A stretch of DNA of 64,000 nt from Bigelowiella natans CCMP2755 (taxonomy: Eukaryota; Protista; Cercozoa), in assembly GCA_000320545.1 (NCBI GenBank), contig ADNK01001639.1, positions 2,404-66,403 on the forward strand, read 5' to 3'. Made by a program: the position numbers and the translations under genes. The notes under the pieces were generated by a model, which searched no databases, was not told the origin of the DNA, and saw only the letters and a list, made by a program, of their open reading frames with translations. This document shows, one piece after another, positions 14,579 through 25,770 of the stretch (positions within the stretch are counted from its first letter, which is position 1; every line of letters begins with the position of its first letter).

Positions 14579-15576
14579 ATACACACACATACACAACAGC
14601 AGCAGCAGCAAACAGCAAAAGCAAAAGCAACTGCAAGCTGCTGCTAAATTATTATTATAATAATTATTATTATAATAATAATTATTATTATTATTATTAT
14701 AATAATTATTATTATTATTATTATTATTATTATCGACTGATGATGTCAACAGTTGCTATTTAAAGAAGTCGCTAAGTGTATACACGGGTGAGGATGACGG
14801 TCGACGATGCACTTTTCAGGTGTCGTTTTTGGTCTACCGAGCTCCGCAGATGATCCACCTCAACATGCGCATTGGAGGCCCCATAGAGCGCAAACGCAAC
14901 GTATGACGACGATGACGACGACTCACACACACGTGCAGTCATAGTATCCCAGTTGTTATTATTGTTGTTATTAATGCGTTGTGCGAATTTGAGCTACTAC
15001 TACTGCTGCTGCTACTACTACTACCCTGAAGATGGTGGTGGTATTAGTACGCACGTCGTTATTATTCTAATAAAGTGTCTTACCATGACTGCTACACCCC
15101 TCCTCCTCCCCCTCTTCCTCCTCCTCCTCCTACTACTGCTGCTGCTGCTAGCAGTAATAATTTGTTAATGTTGCTAGTAGGATGAATATCATCGACTTTA
15201 TATCTTAAATACTTCTGTTTGTAGATGCTGTGGCAATCTGCGGTCATACGAGGCGTGCCGTGTCCAAAAGTAGTGGATTTCCCTGATTCAAAGGATGTGA
15301 AGGTACCCATGAAGAAGCGCTGCTTTAACCCTCATGAGTAGCTGAAGCACCGCATTTATTATGCACATGCAGGTTCAGGTAGCAACGATGACAGGGAAGA
15401 TGAAAGACCGCAACACGTTGTGTTTCGTACACCGGTGATAATGTGCCTGCATGGACGATTAAGCCAGAGAGCTGTCTGTTTCTTCGCACATGTCGTCGTG
15501 TAAAAATGGGTTCGAATATGCATCCTTCAAGACAAAAGGATCAGGTTTTTAATAATCCTTATCGGTGCTGGTGGTG

Positions 15577-15609
<33 letters not shown>

Positions 15610-16119
15610 CGTGTACATTTATCAGGTTCGGGCTCTTAGTGATTGAATGTTTTGACAAAGACCGTCTGTCGAAGGACGACAAGATTTTCCGTCATGAGGT
15701 ATTTACTATCTTTCTGTTGAATGGAGTGACAGTATAGCGGATATATTCTTCTGAGGACGGTTATAGCGTAGCGTAAAGCCTCCATTCCTTCATTTGCTGT
15801 TTTAAGGAGCTCTCTCCTGTGATTCCCATCTCTTCACGACGAATTAAGGATGAGGAGGAGGCTAACACAACTGTACCTCTTAGGTCGATATGGATCAGCT
15901 ATTTGACGAAGATATGGACACGGACTCTGATTGGTAACGAATATAATTGTGTTTCAATAAGAGGAGGAGGAAGAGGATGAGAACATCGAGGGCAGTGAAG
16001 GACAAATTCATGTTCACTTACTCTGATATATTTGGTCGTTTGTTGGCATGCTTTACTAATGCCTGGCGCTCACGACCAGGATAAGATGTGATGATACCCA
16101 TATCTTGATGTCTCTTTGA
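9394..16119 (+). CDS. Multi-exon TerD-domain + C2-domain protein
   Basis: TerD-like exons: VELKPETTIPLAG/LVEMSEGKIVFGVGWGQ, GLSHNVDIDL/ILYVCNKYGE, FVFEPAKLPPYVHSV/VICLQIQSGARSFRE, NEHCAFHLDP, GTAAIMGRLIR (10.6-13.15 kb). C2 motifs: GLTKTSKQGYTDPYLKVF (13.5 kb) and LLVIECFDKDRLSKDDKIF (15.65 kb). Probable stop TGA at 16117-16119. The start at 9394 is tentative; the first firm exon begins at 9701. Confidence 0.7.
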
Positions 16120-16449
16120 AATCTAGCCACCTACCATGTAAAACCTCGTGAGTTTTCATTAAACTTTGCTATGCTACGATAGGTTCATAGCAACATCACA
16201 AAAGCCAATCGACTACAGCATTCCGAGCAATGGTCCCTTTACACATTGTCAGATTTTTTTTGCTGCGAGGAGGTTTTCATGATGGAAGAAAGCCACTGCT
16301 ATGATGGGAGAACGCACAGTCGTAATATCTGACGCGGTTTGAAATGGGATTGACTGAAATTGCATTTGAGCATTGCAAATGAAGACGTTACACAAATGCA
16401 AGTACGATCTAGTGCTAGTGTGTCCAGGAGGTTTAGCGGCTTAACTTCA

Positions 16450-17340
16450 AAGACAAACACACTGAAGTTGTGCAACAACTCGATGTCATGCAATTCGAGC
16501 TAGGTAGCTAGGTGGGTTGTGATCATGTGCATGCATGGACAAATTGCGGCTGTGCTAGCTGTAGCTCGCTACCGCGCACGCTCACGGCACACACACCACA
16601 TGCAACTGGCACGTGCAGGGCCAATCCACATTGCTGACTTTTGTGCAACAAGCTAGCAAGTCGTCATCGTTGTTGGGCATGTTCTAGTCTAGTAGTGTTG
16701 CTAAATTGCCAAATTCAAATGGGTTTTGGAGGCTTTTTGTTTGTGTGCACCTTCTCCAATTGCACCTGCACTTTGTCGTTCATCTGCACTACTTTCACGT
16801 GTACACGTTGATTTTTCGTAGCTACACGACGTGCAGCACACACGTCTAGACGTGAACCATGCTGACATGGCATGTGTGACAGACGTCGTGTTGATCTGGC
16901 CGGTGATGTTCACTGCACGCATGCTGGCATTGTCACAGCATGCACGTGCCCAAACTCCAGATGTGCGAAATGTTCGTTTGACCACAGATGTGCTACATGT
17001 GCACACACGAATGGTCTTCAGAGGCTCTTTGAATTGCACAAAATGCGCTTTTCAACAAAATCAGAAGTGCAGATTTTTGCAAATTGCTGCATCAAGCAAG
17101 ATCGTCGATGTCGAGCAAGCGAGCCGCCAGAGCCCCGTCACGACGCTACGACGCAGGCATGACACGCGCGTGGTGCACATTGATCGAGTGAGCACGTGAC
17201 CACATCCTAGGCATCTGCCGAGACATCACGCGCACACACATGACATGCATTCAGCACGCGTGACTGCATGGCTGCTTGGATTCATGTGTTCACGGCTTCA
17301 CGGCTCGCACTCCACAGCTGCCACACTCGTGTGAAGGCCG
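16450..17340. other. TpA-depleted intergenic tract
   Basis: 16861-17340 contains only 3 TA (CTAC, CTAC, CTAG). It is TG/CA-rich and retains CG. Confidence 0.9.
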
Positions 17341-17911
17341 TTTTTTTTTTGCGACAAAAATGATGTCGCTTATAAAAAATCCCTTCAATTTCCATCCATG
17401 TGGGAATGCATGTCATTTTTTCAATGGAAATGAACTGGAGCATTCGTACTCGGTGTACTCTCAAAAATTGGAATAGGGCCGCAGATGCGGTATTTCCCAG
17501 TGGAAACCAACTACAAAATGAGTAAAACGAGAAAACAATGCAGGTCACAAATTTTGAAATAAAAATTATTCTGCTAAATTTCTAAAAATGTACAGGGGAA
17601 AATGCAAAATCTCTGTGTTCTAAAATTAGACATACTTTATTTTAATTTTGGGGTCATTTTATTCGAAATGTAAATACGAATCTTCCTCCAAAGGTTCGGT
17701 TGTGCCTGTCTTCCTCCTCATCTTCCCCTTTTTGATTGTGAAAGCTACGGATACTTTCCGAAACATAGACCTTAAGAAATAAATAGGTTTTGGTGATTTT
17801 GGAACAGGTCGCGATGATATTTTCCATGGATTAATCAGTTACATGCGCACAATCGAAATCGCCAAGTGCAGCGCCCCAACCGAATAGCCATCGCTTCTTC
17901 TTTTCTCAAGG

Positions 17912-20272
17912 ATGTCTTTAACCGGAGAAGAATCGTATAATGAACTAACTTCATTTATTCACACTGGCGGGCTTTGCGATGTAGAAGGTTTGAAGAAATT
18001 TGTGGACTCCAACCCCGGCTTGGACATCAACACTGCCCGAGATCCCGACATCGGGGACTCAGTTTCGCAGTCAATAATGTGTTTGATACGCACAGCCAAG
18101 AAAGAAAGAACAGAGCAGGATAAATCAGCGTTTGAATGCCTTAAATATCTTGTTTCAAAGGGTATGAAAGTGGAGTACAAGGCCCTCAAAAATTCATTCA
18201 GCATGGCGTTTAACCCTGAACGTGTGGAACAAGTGTCAGGCATCATTAAAGAAATGATGGATTGTGGCGTTACCCCTAATTATTCTGACAAGAATATACT
18301 ATATGATGCTGTGGTTCCGGAGATAGCTAAAGTTCTCATCGATGCAAAAGCCGACGTCAACGCTGTCGACGCGCGAGACAAGGAAAAATGTGGCCTTCTC
18401 GGATTTTATGCAGCCAAACCCGATATGATAAAAGTTTTAGTTGATGCTGGACTTCAACCAAAAGGCCCCGACTTGGCTCTTGTATCTTATGATGGCCAAA
18501 GTTTGCGCCATGTGTTGCAAAATCTGAGCGGCAACTTGAACCTGAATGCATCATCCTATTCTTCAAAATCCGAAAAATACAATGGTTGGACAGCGTTACA
18601 GGCCGCTTTATCAAACTTCAGTCGATATAAAATTTATTGTGGCGGCTTGGAGGGAGCAAATGAACTCATCAGCATGCTGCTCGCAGCTAAATGTGACCCC
18701 AATGTAGTTGGAGAGAAGAATAAAGAGCCACCACTAGCCATAGCTCTGAACTCTGCGCATCTATATCCGCCAAGAGCCCCTAATGTTGCGTTTCAATTGC
18801 TGCTGGATGCCAAGGCAGATGCTAATGTGGAGCTTGAAGGTGATACTTTGCACAATAGAACGTCCAGATACTATGTTTGTTACTGATCGTGTGTTTTATT
18901 TTGTCTTTTAGGTGGAGTTCCCATTTTACATCGTGCAGCTGAAAAGAGTGGTTTTCATGTGAAAATACTATTGGAACATAAAGCAGACTTGCACGCAAAG
19001 GATTCAAAGGGTAACTGATTCCCTCATATCACAATTCAACGAGCAAGAGTTACTTATAATATTTTCTCTCAGGAATTCCTGCACTTGCCTATGCAACTAA
19101 CAACACCTACAGACAACCAGTAGAGATTTTAATTTCTGCTGGCATGGATCCCAACCTGATATACGAGCGTGATGGTAAGAAGATGACAGCCTGTGAAGAA
19201 AGTGGGTATGCCGCATCCTGTGTCAAAGGACTTGGGGGATTTTCTGTGGAGGGATTAAAGGAAAAACAAAAACAGTAAGTTCTTAATTTCAATTAATACA
19301 ATGACTGCGATTTGGGCAAAAAAAATCATTTATGTCATCAAAATGAATGTTCTTAGAGCGGAAGCAAAGATAGCTAAATACTGCAAATTTGCTGAAGTTT
19401 CAACGGAAGCATTTGAGAAAGAAGTGCGTGATTTGTTTGAGAAATTCGATGATGATAAGAATGGATTCCTTGATCGAACCGAGTTTGTCAAGCTTTGCAA
19501 ATCGGTGACGAAGAGTACAAGTAGAAAAGAAGCTTCAATCGAATCCTGTGCGAATTTAATCTTTGAACAATTTGACCTCCCAAGATGGGACAAGTTGCGA
19601 CACAGAGAGGCAAGATTGGCAATTGCAGGCTACTTACATATGGACTTATCTCATCACAGGAGACTTCAACACATGCTAAAAAATCCCGGTTCGTACAGCC
19701 CCCAATTCGAAAAGAAGAACGAAGCACTTGAAGCAAAGCTTGCAAGAGCCTATGCCGTTCTGGAAAAGACTAGAGCCAAGTCTTCTTCTGTGGATAAGAT
19801 AAGGAAGCAGTACCAAGCTGATTTCAAAAAACTCAAAGGAGTAGATCCAGATCCGACTGAAAATGTGTCACAAGGGATGAAGGAGTGGATGAAGACTCCA
19901 TACCAGGAAAGAAAGAGCATGGACGCATTCTTGATTGACTTGCGACTTGATTGCGTAAAGCTGTGGAAGGAGAACTGCCCGAAACAACTTGAGAAGTTAT
20001 TAGAGATCATGGAAGTTCCCCAAAACGCAAGGGGTGAATATTTAAAAAGATTAGCTTCGCTTGATACCCATGAGAAGGTCCAAAGTGCCAAGGAGGAAAT
20101 TAAGAATATGATGCCAGGGTACAAGAACGACCCGAAGGATGCAGCCCTGGCAAAGAAATTGGCCAAAGTCTGTCAGGACTATCAATTGAATTATCGGTCC
20201 GCGTTCGAATATGAAATGATGCCCGATGTTTTCGATGAAATTTGCAAGGGAAAGGAAGATGGCGAGAATTGA
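17912..20272 (+). CDS. Ankyrin-repeat protein with C-terminal EF-hand and helical region (4 exons)
   Basis: ORFs 17912..18886 and 19301..20272 join in frame through three short phase-consistent GT-AG introns (~18840-18911, ~19011-19072, ~19275-19356). Ankyrin motifs: IAKVLIDAKADVN, GWTALQAA, PPLAIAL, LLLDAKADAN, GVPILHRAA, LLEHKADLHAKD. EF-hand: FEKFDDDKNGFLDRTEF. Confidence 0.9.
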
Positions 20273-20336
20273 GACTTTTTTTATCCATTTGAACAGTCTC
20301 AAGTGTCGAGACATTTCGAAAAAAAGAAATGGCGAG

Positions 20337-20414
20337 ATTTAAGATTTTTTAACCCCTTCAAGTAATCACATGTGTATTTAAGATTTTTTAACCCCTTCAA
20401 GTAATCACATGTGT
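20337..20414. repeat. Perfect 39-bp tandem duplication
   Basis: atttaagattttttaaccccttcaagtaatcacatgtgt occurs twice (20337 and 20376), 3' of the ankyrin gene. Confidence 0.95.
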
Positions 20415-20559
20415 CAAGGTGTTTTGAGGTAGAAAAATGGCGAGACTTGGGAATGTTTGATCCTGTCAAGTGATGTTGTGCTTGCTGAATGCACACGCTA
20501 CATTTAAGCATAATTATGGCTACAACGTGCAATTGTGAGCGCACTTGTGAATGTACTAA

Positions 20560-21780
20560 TCATTGCGTGGGAGCTTGAAAAGTCTGACAACTTCATTCCA
20601 CACAGCAGAGACATGTCTCTACATGCGTGCACATCGTTCAGTGCATGCTGCTAGCATGTGCAGCGCATGCATGCACACGTGGAGACACACTTACATGCAC
20701 ACTGTCTGTCATGTCTCTGCAACACTTTGTCGCAGCTTTGCACAGATCGATGAAGCCCAACATGGAGTTCAGGTTCAGGGCCTTGTGTTGACGGTGGACC
20801 ACTTGGTGTGAGTTGAAAACATGAAAGCACAAAGAGACTTCATGTCTGTTTTGTTTGCGCGAGTCACCTCTTTGGAAAGTCAGTGCCACGACTTCTCCTG
20901 AAACTGCCTTGTTTTTGGAAATGAGATTTGTCAGTTCCAGGTAGTTTCAAACTCTTGTTGTCGCAGCGCCAGACTGACACCAACTTGCTGAGGCGAGTGG
21001 TGCCTCTGCAGTTTGTGAACTCCACATTGAGTCCGTTTCTTCTTTTGAACACAAGGGAGGAGCTGTTGTGATCCCCTCTAGCTCTCTTCAGCCTTCGTGC
21101 CAGTCATCGAAAGCCAAATTGGCCATCGATTCAAAAGCTTCGGGCAAGGAAGACTCTTCAATGTCCCTGGCACATGCTGGAACATCGGACCGCAGCTTCG
21201 ATGGCGGAGGCAGGAAGTGTTTTCACTGGCTAGCTGGGCCAGCTGCTTTGTTGGGCCTCCATTTGGCGACTTGGGCTTCTTCCCAGATGAAGCCACTGTC
21301 GAGTGGCGAAGGACACAGGTTCCATTGCCGTTGCAGCAGTTCCACTTCCACACGTCTCTTGAAGTGAGTGCCCGGAAAAGGAAGGTCACGTGTCGATGAG
21401 GTCCCCGAAGTGTTTCCTCCATGCCTGAAGCAGACCTTCTCCGTCCTCAAGATCGGCATCAACTCACATAGCAAACAGACATGAGTCAGCCTTTGCGCTG
21501 AGCGAGTTGGCGCAACCAAAACCTGGCAGAGTGTGATGATGATGATGATGATGATGATGATTGAAGCATTGATGAAAATTGCGTGCGCCAGAACCACATG
21601 GGAGACAGGCGTGTGCATGCAACAGAGCCTCAACAACAGTCGTTGCAAGGACTTGTCAGCACCCTGTTGGTGTTGAGTCACTCAACTAGCTAACAACCTG
21701 CATCTGAGGAAGCTGAAGATGGGTGAACTGAGTGTGTCCTCATCAAGGCGTTCTGATGACCTCCGGCGTTAGTGGAAAGA
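20560..21780. other. TpA-depleted intergenic tract
   Basis: 20701-21780 contains 7 TA by manual count, all in CTA or TAG context. Confidence 0.92.
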
Positions 21781-21829
21781 AAGGAACTTTGAAAATGGTC
21801 CTAAATGTAAGCCTTTTTTGTTGAACGAC

Positions 21830-22340
21830 AGCCTGTTTTCCACATCGTATCTAGGAATACATGCAAGGAACAGTATTGCTTTCGCGTTTCGGCGGCAGTC
21901 TTACTCGAATGCAGGCGAGTTCGGGTGGATCGACAAACAGAATTGTGCAGAAACAGAAAAAAAACAGCTTAGTCTCCCCGCGAAGCTGCTTTTTTAAGAT
22001 AATGATAAAATCCGGAAACCTGCATTCTCGAGCGTTGTCCCGTTGAACGACAAAATGAAACCAATGCAATCCGTTGTTGGCACCGTTGTTAGCCTGTTTT
22101 CCACATCGTATCTAGGAATACATAGTATTGCTTTCGCGTTTCGGCGGCAGTCTTACTCGAATGCAGGCGAGTTCGGGTGGATCGACAAACAGAATTGTGC
22201 AGAAACAGAAAAAAACAGCTTAGTCTCCCCGCGAAGCTGCTTTTTTAAGATAATGATAAAATCCGGAAACCTGCATTCTCGAGCGTTGTCCCGTTGAACG
22301 ACAAAATGAAACCAATGCAATCCGTTGTTGGCACCGTTGT
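21830..22340. repeat. Near-perfect ~250-260 bp direct tandem duplication
   Basis: The unit agcctgttttccacatcg...ggcaccgttgtt lies at 21830-22090 and 22091-22340. The copies differ by a 9-bp indel (gcaaggaac) and one A in a poly-A run. Confidence 0.95.
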
Positions 22341-22740
22341 TGGCCCAGCTGCCTCCGCAGCTCCAGCTGCCTCCGCTGTTGGCTCAACTACCTCGGGGAA
22401 ACGGTCAACCAATTTTCTCTTGGGCAAATTGCTTTTACTGGGCTGTTGGCTGTATGTGTTTGTGTGTGCGCTCGAATTCATGTGCGCCCAATTTGTGTGC
22501 GTAGATGTTCGTTTTTGCTTGTGTCTTTGTCGAGTGCCCATGTGAATAGAGGAGCCTGTGCATGAGGGGTGTGTGTTCGGTGTTTGTCCTCGCGATGGTG
22601 TTCTCCACGCTGATGGAGATTTTGCATGTTTTTCCAAGAATGCACCTTCATGTATACGGCAACTCATGACTTGTGATGGTTTGTCGTAACAACACCAGTA
22701 TTAGCGATGATTTTAGTCGTCAAATCCTCAAAGAATTCAG

Positions 22741-24124
22741 GGCGATGCTAAGCGCAGGAGCGGTGTGGATTCATTAGTGTTGTAGGAAAAATAACAATAA
22801 GAGAAACAGCATTTAACATAGATGAACCCCCCCCCCCCCCCCCACACACACATACATACACATACACATACACATGGGGAGGGAGGGGGGGGGGATAAAT
22901 ACAAACACAAACATGCTGACGGAACATATGTGTACACCTTGCGAAAATGACTTTCAGGCGTATGGTTACCTAAACACCGATGGATCATTCCAGAGTAATT
23001 TCATAGCCTATCTTTCTCAGGAGCATATCGTCCTTGGTAAAGTGATCTTTGACAATATTATTTCAAACTCCAACATACCACTTGCAATCTGACCTCTTCC
23101 ATTGTCTCTCGTACTAAAATAGGAATGTTCCTCGCCCATCCGCAGCATCCATTCAGTCGTATGGAACGTGTGGCTTACTTCATCAATTCCTTATTGTGGC
23201 TATTCTTCCTATCAGCACTCTTCAGTGTTACTGGTGTGAAATGATTCTAACCATCATTAGTATTATCACTGCCAGAATCCGTCACTGCTACTACCATCCT
23301 AATCATACAATCCTTGCTTGTTTGTTTCTTATAACTTTTTCATTACAGATCTTGAATGGGCCCTCTCCTCGTTTATTGTCATGTTGCTTACCATGCCATA
23401 CAACATTATATTGCGCGCATTGATGGAATGCAGCTGCTGCGTACGTCATGAAAGGGTATGTGAATCTTCGCGCTTCAACAACCAAAATCAAAAAGAATAT
23501 ACGATACGAGCACATTAAAGCTGATCCTCACTCTAATTCTAAAGCTCGAAGAAATTGGCGAGATGGCTGGGTATTCAGTGATGTGCGTGTTCTCCTGTGG
23601 TAATATACATGTCCTAATGCCTCATCTCACCGCTTTCGGCTTTGATTCTTACCAGATTCTCATCGCCTGACAGGTTCCATCCTCTGGTTAATTCTTGGCG
23701 CAATCTTTGCTGCACACTCTGGAAATGGATTCGTGGGTTCCTGGATCCTAGGACAATTTATGTCGTGGACTTTCTCCGCTTTCCAATACCTATTTTGGAC
23801 ATGGTGGAGTATGAAAAGCTCCAAGGTAGCATCTTTTATTATTTCATGGATTTGTTTATGACAGATTGTTCAATACATTGTCAGGAAAAATTCGATGAGT
23901 TGTGGGGAGAAAAGGGTGAAAATCTTGTGAACTACGGACAGGTCAACTATGAGGCGCATTTTGTCCTAGGTGCAAAGATAACTTATACTTTACTAAATTC
24001 GTAGGTCGCTGCACTGGCGCCGGGTCCTGCTGCGGGTGATGCGTTTCATATACGTGAATGGAACAATGCTTTTGAGCTCAATGATGCAGTCATTAAACCT
24101 GGATGTTGGGCTCTAAATCCTTAA
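22741..24124 (+). CDS. Small multi-pass membrane protein with a PKD1/REJ-family-like 'H..L..F....PFSR.ER' motif
   Basis: Spliced exons: AYGYLNTDGSFQSNFIAYLSQEHIVL/GMFLAHPQHPFSRMERVAYFINSLLWLFFLSALF, LEWALSSFIVMLLTMPYNIILRALMECSCCV, GSILWLILGAIFAAH...WTWWSMKSSK/EKFDELWG.../VAALAPG...WALNP* (TAA 24122-24124). Start codon not resolved. Confidence 0.7.
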
Positions 24125-24214
24125 ATGAAACATTCGCAGTGCCTTTGTTGCCATTTACTGGCCCTAGTGAGTTTGGATTCTCTCCGTAATCAAGCAAAGT
24201 TTACCATTGCAATG

Positions 24215-25465
24215 TGCGAATGAGGCATGCATGGCATCGCGTGCATTTCAAAGGGCCCGTTTTTTTTGGCAAAATGAGCCACCACACTTGCCCAGCTAGC
24301 CAGCATGGAAATGAGCATCTTTTTGCTAGCGATGAATGCCACATGTGATGGCCACAGCGGCACCGCACGTGCCTACAAGGCTTAGCCCAGCACAGTCGTC
24401 GTGCACATGTGTCACGATTTCGCAAGGTAGCTCGTGGTCGTCGTCAGGCAGCTCACTGACCCCCCCTCATCACATTGCAGTGCACTGTCAAACGCACAAA
24501 CAACGGGTTGATCGAATGAACGAGCTGCCAACCCGATCCTTCACCCCAATCGAAATGCAAACACCAATGCTGCAATCACTCATGTGAATGGTTGCACGAT
24601 GCAAACAAAGATGATGATCATGATGGCTAGCATGCACGGCACCGCCATGCATCGCCATCGAGCACCAGTCTAGTGCAGTGCACACACTCTTTGTTGGCGC
24701 TTCACATTGCACGCTGCGAGGCCGTTCACGTTGCACCGCGCTGGCGTGCTAGCGTGCACGTTGTGTCTTCGCAACGCGTGCACCACCATGAGAATTGACA
24801 ACGTGTGACAAGTGGACGTGCAGGTGTTGCTTTGTGTGGTTTGGAAACGTGCTCCAACACCAACAAGCGTTGCTAGCTAGCGTTGACCGTGACCATCGAC
24901 CTGAACACGACCGGTGCAGGTGCGGTGGCCCGGCAGGCACAAGGAACCGCCTGCTGCACGCCACACACACAGCTTTGAGCTCAGTTCGATCCACGTTGCA
25001 CAGCCGTCGCTGAGCACGCACGTGCTAGCGTGAGACGCGTGCTGTGCACACCCACGCTCAGTCGAGTCTCATCGTTCGATGCTCGGACATCACTACTTCT
25101 GCATCATTGCCAGCACGCAAAGTGTGCTCAGAGAAACTGCTCTGTTCGGGTTTTTGGACTGAACGACTCTGCGATGTGCAGTGCAAAACTTCGTCCCAAC
25201 CACGACCACGCACCTGCTTGGATTTTGTCTCACCAAGTGAGTTTGACGAAGTTTCAGACTGGCTAGCTGGGGTGATGTGGTCACCATCAAGAACTCAAGT
25301 CAGAAGCGTGGAAGGTCACGCCACAACTCATTGCGGAAAACACTTCTTTGAACACTGCGTTTTTGAGACGCTTCGTCACCACACCACATTCATGGGTTGA
25401 CGTGGAGCTTGATCATCCGCAGGGCAGAGTGTGCTCGCTGGCAATCATTGAACGAGCACATGTAG
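24215..25465. other. TpA-depleted intergenic tract
   Basis: 24421-25440 contains 9 TA by manual count: 7 CTAG, 1 GTAG, 1 CTAC. Confidence 0.92.
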
Positions 25466-25547
25466 CAAAGACAAGAACGATATTCTTCGATAGGCCCTCG
25501 TGTCGTTGATGCCCATTGTGCTGTGTGAGAGCGTTGGAAATTGAGAG

Positions 25548-25732
25548 ATGTTTGCCAAAAAGATGAATATGTTATTACGAAAACATGCTACCCATATTTG
25601 CCCATTTCGGACAACGACAAGCGGATCCGGACAAGCACAGGAGGGGGACAGCAAGCCTACTCCAGGGCAACAGACAGTGTGTACAGCGATGCAGGCATCC
25701 TCATCGTCCACGACACCGTCTACATGCCTGGA

Positions 25733-25770
<38 letters not shown>

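Noticed and set aside
20337-22340. CRISPR-like array or transposon terminal repeats
   Set aside because: There are only two-copy tandem duplications, with no spacers, TIRs, target-site duplications or transposase/RT motifs.
17335-24280. Similar ggcc(c)g-T-run-...aaaatga motifs at tract edges (~17336 and ~24253)
   Set aside because: The motif is short, low-complexity and absent from other tract edges, so it is insufficient evidence for a boundary element.
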